Source: Acidimicrobiia bacterium
GTDB lineage: Bacteria; Actinomycetota; Acidimicrobiia; Spongiisociales; ZC4RG35
Assembly: GCA_041748855.1 (NCBI GenBank)
Contig: JBGTCK010000017.1
Coordinates: forward strand, 8,124-72,123
Direction of reading: 5' to 3'
DNA length: 64,000 bases
Numbering within the stretch: position 1 is the first letter of the stretch; each line of letters opens with the position of its first letter. Below, one piece after another: positions 59,509 to 64,000 of this stretch. The translations under genes and the position numbers were made by a program. The notes beneath the pieces were generated by a model. The model saw nothing but the letters and a program-made list of their open reading frames with translations. It ran no database searches and was not told the DNA's origin.

Positions 59509-60417
59509 TCAGCCTCCGGCGAGCTGAGCCAGCATCATCAGCTCGTCGTTGTTATTCATGGGGATCTCGTATTCGGTGATATCCCGCACCGACTCCATGT
59601 TGTCGGCGAGTTCCTCGACGGACGGCACTTTGCCCTGGCCGGCGAACCAGCCATTGTTGGTGCCGATGAAGATCCGGGCGTAGCGCCCCCCGCCGACGGA
59701 GAACACCTGGTGGGTGAGTTCGTTTGCCTCCGAGCACAGGTAGACCACCATTGGGGTCACCTGGTCGGGGTCGAACATCTCGGCAAAAGGCCCGAGCAGG
59801 TCCTCGGTCATGCGGGTCTTCGCAGTCGGGGCAATTGCATTCGACTTGATCCCGTACTTCTCCCCTTCAATTGCAAGGACGTTGGAGAGCCCGACGAGGC
59901 CTGCCTTGGCCGCCCCGTAATTCGCCTGGCCGAAGTTCCCGAAGATACCCGAGGCCGAGCTTGTATGGACGAAGCGGCCGTAACCGCTCTCTTTCATCAC
60001 CTTGAAGGCGGGATGGGAGACGTAGAAGGCTCCCCTGAGGTGGACATCGAGGACCGCATCGACTTCGTCGAGGGTCATGTTCGCAAACGACTTGTCCCGG
60101 AGGATCCCGGCGTTATTGACGACAATGTCGACAGTGCCGAAGGTGTCGACTGCTGTCTCGATGATCGCCGCTCCCCCGTCTCTCGTCGACACCGAGTCGT
60201 AGTTGGCCACAGCCTCACCCCCGGCCGCCTCGATCTCCTCGACCACGACGTCGGCGGCCTGTCGCGACGTACCACTGCCATCGACGGCGCCACCGAGGTC
60301 GTTGACCACAACCCGCGCCCCGCGTCTGGCAAGTTCCAGCGCATATCCCCGGCCTAAACCGCCGCCAGCACCGGTGATCACAGCGACCCGTCCATCAAAA
60401 GTAATTGGTTCCGTCAT
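59509..60417 (-). CDS. SDR family 3-hydroxyacyl-CoA dehydrogenase-type oxidoreductase
   Basis: VAVITGAGGGLGRGYA (TGxxxGxG) and YxxxK catalytic motif. Confidence 0.85.
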   Translation of the reverse strand: MTEPITFDGRVAVITGAGGGLGRGYALELARRGARVVVNDLGGAVDGSGTSRQAADVVVEEIEAAGGEAVANYDSVSTRDGGAAIIETAVDTFGTVDIVVNNAGILRDKSFANMTLDEVDAVLDVHLRGAFYVSHPAFKVMKESGYGRFVHTSSASGIFGNFGQANYGAAKAGLVGLSNVLAIEGEKYGIKSNAIAPTAKTRMTEDLLGPFAEMFDPDQVTPMVVYLCSEANELTHQVFSVGGGRYARIFIGTNNGWFAGQGKVPSVEELADNMESVRDITEYEIPMNNNDELMMLAQLAGG

Positions 60418-60610
60418 AGATTCTCCTTACGTTTACAGCTGTTCTCCCCCTTGCGGGAGGCGCGAAGCTGTTCCCCCAGAGACGAAGTCGAATGGGGGAA
60501 AGGTCCCTGCGCCCGCCGACAGGCGGGCGGAGGTAAGGGGGAGAGATCCCCCGAGCCGGGAGCTTGAACTCCGTTGGTGGGAACGCCCCACCCTCCCCGG
60601 CTCCTCCGTC

Positions 60611-60781
60611 GCCGGTACTCCCTCCGCAAGCGGAGGGAGAGATGAACTCTTCGCCGGTACTCCCTCCGCAAGCGGAGGGAGAGATGAACTTGTCGCCGGT
60701 ACTCCCTCCGCAAGCGGAGGGAGAAATGAACTTGTCGCCCGTACTCCCTCCGCCAGCGGAGGGAGAGTTACAAGCGGGAGG
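60611..60781. repeat. tandem array of 42-bp units (about 4 copies), each containing a perfect 10-bp palindrome ctccctccgc-aa-gcggagggag
   Basis: Units at 60611, 60653, 60695 and 60737 are near-identical; additional GC-rich hairpins at 60454-60610. Confidence 0.85.
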
Positions 60782-60791
60782 ACAGTACTCG

Positions 60792-61940
60792 TCACAGTCC
60801 TAGCGATCTTCCGATGATCTCTTTCATTATCTCGGTGGTCCCGCCGTAGATGGTCTGGACCCTGGCGTCACGGTAGGCCCTGGCAATCGGGTACTCCTCC
60901 ATGTAGCCCCACCCTCCGAAGAACTGGAGGCAACGGTCGATGACTCTCTTCTCCAGCTCGGTGATCCACCACTTCGCTTTCGCTGCCTCGTCGGCACTCA
61001 GTTCTCCGTCGTTGTGGTCGAGGATGAGACGGTCGAGATATACCCTGGCGATATCCAACTCGGTCCGCATCTCTGCCATCGAGTGCTTTATGGTCTGGAA
61101 GCTTCCCACCGGCTGGCCGAAGGCCTTCCGCTCTTGGATGTATTCCAGGGTCCAACCGAAGGCCGCCTCGGCGTGGGCAAGGGAGCCCACCGCGAGGCCA
61201 AGGCGCTCCTGGGGAAGGTTCTCCACGAGGTGGACAAAGCCGCGTCCCTCCTCACCCAGCAGGTTTGTCACCGGCACTTGCACGTCCTCGAAGAAGAGCT
61301 CGGCGGTGTCCTGGGCATGAAGGCCGATCTTCTCCAGGTTCCTGCCCCTGGTGAAGCCCTCCATCCCATCTTCGATGACCAGCAGACTCATCCCGGCATG
61401 GCTCAGCGACGGGTCGGTCTTGACTGCGGTGATCACCACATCGGAGTTGATTCCATTGGTGATGAAGGTCTTGGAGCCGTTGACAACGTAGTGGTCGCCG
61501 TCGCGCATCGCCGTCGTCGCGATTCCTGCCAGATCGGAGCCGGCACCTGGCTCCGTCATCGCAATGGCCGTCATCAGGTCACCTGAGGCCATGCCGGGCA
61601 GCCATCGTTGCTTCTGATCATCGGTGCTGAGCCTGGTGAAGTACGGGAGGCAGACATCGTTGTGGAGCGTGATGCACATGCCGGAGGCAAAAGCCTTGCC
61701 CCGGCCCAGTTCCTCGACGACAACCGTGTTGAAGCGGAAATCGTCGTTTCCTCCACCTCCGTATTCCTCGGGAATAGCCATGCCCAGGATCCCGGCCTGA
61801 CCGGCCTTGCGGAACATCTCCTTGTCGACAATCCCCGCAGCTTCCCAGCGGTCTACGTTCGGCGTGACCTCCCTGGCCACGAACTCCCGCACCGATTCGC
61901 GGAAGAGCTCGTGGTCAGGCTCGAATAGTTTTCGGTCCAC
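60792..61940 (-). CDS. acyl-CoA dehydrogenase
   Basis: Full-length ACAD fold motifs; 382 aa. Confidence 0.9.
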   Translation of the reverse strand: MDRKLFEPDHELFRESVREFVAREVTPNVDRWEAAGIVDKEMFRKAGQAGILGMAIPEEYGGGGNDDFRFNTVVVEELGRGKAFASGMCITLHNDVCLPYFTRLSTDDQKQRWLPGMASGDLMTAIAMTEPGAGSDLAGIATTAMRDGDHYVVNGSKTFITNGINSDVVITAVKTDPSLSHAGMSLLVIEDGMEGFTRGRNLEKIGLHAQDTAELFFEDVQVPVTNLLGEEGRGFVHLVENLPQERLGLAVGSLAHAEAAFGWTLEYIQERKAFGQPVGSFQTIKHSMAEMRTELDIARVYLDRLILDHNDGELSADEAAKAKWWITELEKRVIDRCLQFFGGWGYMEEYPIARAYRDARVQTIYGGTTEIMKEIIGRSLGL

Positions 61941-61949
61941 AGGCCCGGA

Positions 61950-63791
61950 TCACACGCCCGTGTAGAGGTTCTCGATCTCGTCGGCATACTTCTCGATCAC
62001 AACCCGGCGCTTCAGCTTCAACGACGGCGTCACTTCTCCGGACTCCGGGGTCCACTCATCACCGACCACGATCCATTTCTTGACCTGCTCGACCCTGGCA
62101 ACCTCCTCATTCGCCGACTCGACCGCAGCCTTGATCTCCTCCTGCACCTCGGGGAGTTGGGAGAACGATGCCAGGTCGTGGTACGGCAACCCACGTGCCT
62201 CAGCCCATGCCGGCGCCTCTTCATGGTCGATAGCGATGACCATGGTGAGGAACTTCCTCCCGTCGCCAATCATGCAGGCCTTGGAAACCAGCGGGTGGTT
62301 GGCTATGAGTGTTTCCAGCTTGGCCGGGGCGATGTTCTTCCCGGCGGCATTGATGATGATCTCCTTTTTGCGTCCGACGATCCAGAGGAAGCCGTCCTCG
62401 TCGATCCGGCCCAGGTCCCCGCTGTGCAGCCACCCCTCCGCATCGAAGCTTTCGGCGCTTTCCTCGGGCAGTTTGTAATAGCCGGCCGTGATCATCCCAC
62501 CGCCGATCACCACCTCACCGTCCTCTTCGAGCTTCAGCGAAACGCCCGGTAGCGGCTTGCCGACCGATCCGACCTTTGCCGCACCGGGGACGTTGCTCGT
62601 TGCCGGCCCGGTCGTCTCCGAGAGCCCGTACAGCTCGAAAAGGGGAATCCCTATCGTGTTGAAGAAACGAATCAGGTCGGGGTTGATCGGCGCAGCAGCA
62701 GTGATGGCGATCTCCACCTGGTCCATCCCCAGCCCTTCACGTACCTTGGACAGGGCGATCTTGTCGAGGACGCCGGCGAGGAAGCTTCCGGAGCCGCCAT
62801 TCTCCTCGGCTTCGACACGGGCCCGGTTGGTCTCCAGCGCTTTGTTGAGCAGCAGGCCTTTGATGCCCGTGGCATCTTCGAAGCGGGCCATCAGCCTGGA
62901 GTGGAACTTCTCATAGACACGGGGCACAGCCACGAACAACGTGGGACGCGCCTCCACGATGTAGTCGAGCACTCCGGCGAGGTTCGGACAGAACCAAACT
63001 TCCCCGGCGAGATAGGTGCCCAGGTAATGGGTCGCAAGCCGTTCGGCGATGTGGGCCAGCGGCAGGTAGGAGACCATTCGAGCGCCGAGTTTCAAGTTGG
63101 CACCACGCCTCAAAGACTCGACAGTCCACACCACGTTGCGCTGGCTGATCATTACGCCTTTCGGCGTGCCGGTGGTGCCTGAGGTGTAGATGAGGGTGGC
63201 CAATGTGTCGGGTGTGATCGAATCGACCGCCCGGTTCACAATCTCGGGGTCTTCTTGAAGCTTCTGGGTGCCCCTGGCCAGCATTTCGTCCCACGACAGC
63301 ACCCAATCCGCGGTGTCGTAGTTCTCCGCGCCTTCCATGAGGACTACGTAACGAAGGTTCGGCAACTCGGAGCGGACCTCCTCCCAACGCTTCATGAACT
63401 CGAGGTTCTCCAGGATCGCCACAGTTGCGTTGCAGTTGTCGGCGATGTACTGGATCTGGTTCGCGGCAAGGGTGGAGTAAATCGTGACCGGGGTACCACC
63501 GGAGTGGACAACCCCGTAATCGGCAATCACGTGCTCAGGACGGTTGCCGGCCATGATGGCGACGAATTCGCCGCTCTCAACGCCGAGTGAGGCAAGGCCG
63601 GCAGCGGCCTGATGGACCACAGAGCGATACTGGGACCAGGTCAGATCCTGGAATTCGCCGTTGTCCTTCCAGTGGATAGCGGGTTTGTCGCCGTGGCGGT
63701 CTGCATTGCGGTTGAAGTAGTCGACAATCGTCTTGCCCTCTACAACCGCATCGATCTCGGCACGCTCTGCGAGCGCCGCTTCCTGGTTCAT
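61950..63791 (-). CDS. fadD: long-chain fatty acid--CoA ligase (AMP-binding)
   Basis: AMP-binding motif YTSGTTGTPKGV; start taken at MNQEAALAER. Confidence 0.85.
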   Translation of the reverse strand: MNQEAALAERAEIDAVVEGKTIVDYFNRNADRHGDKPAIHWKDNGEFQDLTWSQYRSVVHQAAAGLASLGVESGEFVAIMAGNRPEHVIADYGVVHSGGTPVTIYSTLAANQIQYIADNCNATVAILENLEFMKRWEEVRSELPNLRYVVLMEGAENYDTADWVLSWDEMLARGTQKLQEDPEIVNRAVDSITPDTLATLIYTSGTTGTPKGVMISQRNVVWTVESLRRGANLKLGARMVSYLPLAHIAERLATHYLGTYLAGEVWFCPNLAGVLDYIVEARPTLFVAVPRVYEKFHSRLMARFEDATGIKGLLLNKALETNRARVEAEENGGSGSFLAGVLDKIALSKVREGLGMDQVEIAITAAAPINPDLIRFFNTIGIPLFELYGLSETTGPATSNVPGAAKVGSVGKPLPGVSLKLEEDGEVVIGGGMITAGYYKLPEESAESFDAEGWLHSGDLGRIDEDGFLWIVGRKKEIIINAAGKNIAPAKLETLIANHPLVSKACMIGDGRKFLTMVIAIDHEEAPAWAEARGLPYHDLASFSQLPEVQEEIKAAVESANEEVARVEQVKKWIVVGDEWTPESGEVTPSLKLKRRVVIEKYADEIENLYTGV

Positions 63792-64000
63792 ATCTCCTCC
63801 GTGGTCAGCCAACAACTCCGTCGCCCCGGAGCTTACTGATTCTCGCCGGGCTATAGCCGAGGACGGCGAGAACTTCGTCGGTGTGCTCGCCGGGCTCGGA
63901 CGGCGATGATGGGGTGGCGGCCGGGGTCCGCGCGAAGCGCGGGGCGGGGGCGGGTTGCACCACACCGTCGATTTCGACGAAGCTGCCGCGCGCCTCGAGG

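Noticed and set aside
60611-60781. CRISPR array
   Set aside because: The repeat period is 42 bp with only about 9 variable nt between 33-bp conserved parts; these are far too short to be spacers. No cas genes are present.

Overview
This is a high-GC (about 65%) actinobacterial-type chromosomal segment that divides into three parts. (1) Positions 1-22.4 kb hold a mixed housekeeping and accessory stretch. It encodes a patatin-like lipase, a GH13 alpha-glucosidase, a threonine-synthase-like PLP enzyme, a DsrE-like protein, a GNAT and a metzincin-like lipoprotein. It also carries a clearly recognisable rifampin ADP-ribosyltransferase (Arr) that is divergent from a TetR regulator. A tightly overlapping minus-strand operon (P-loop/DUF1611-like protein, fused ABC exporter, alpha/beta hydrolase, CapA-like metallophosphoesterase) sits next to an SLH-anchored lipase and a protein carrying an LPLTG sortase-type motif. 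An 855-aa class III cyclase + STAND NTPase + TPR protein closes this part. (2) Positions 22.5-48.5 kb form an accessory/mobile island. It begins with three copies of a roughly 250-bp repeat, each embedding a 3' fragment of tRNA-Asn(GUU) and bracketed by TGGCTACAC doublets, giving attP-like junctions consistent with tandem integrations. The repeats delimit small cargo modules: a YecM-like protein and an AbiEi/AbiEii-like toxin-antitoxin pair with an ATGA overlap. Next come three uncharacterised genes and a low-GC integrative-element remnant (prim-pol replicase, Xis-like HTH, tyrosine integrase). Two ECF sigma/anti-sigma pairs follow, with lipoprotein and membrane genes interspersed with a second intergenic repeat family (5 copies). 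A DUF222/HNH (REP13E12-like) gene ends the island. (3) Positions 48.5-64 kb are core metabolism: CoxG-like, MogA/MoaB, MOSC, HAD, Mug glycosylase, Nfu, ATP-grasp, thiamine pyrophosphokinase, ATP-PEPCK, 2-hydroxyacid dehydrogenase, an L,D-transpeptidase, and a beta-oxidation block (MaoC, SDR, acyl-CoA dehydrogenase, FadD). A 42-bp tandem hairpin-repeat array sits in the SDR/acyl-CoA dehydrogenase intergenic region. No rRNA, intact tRNA or CRISPR array was recognised. All calls are from reading the translations and DNA by eye; no searches were run.
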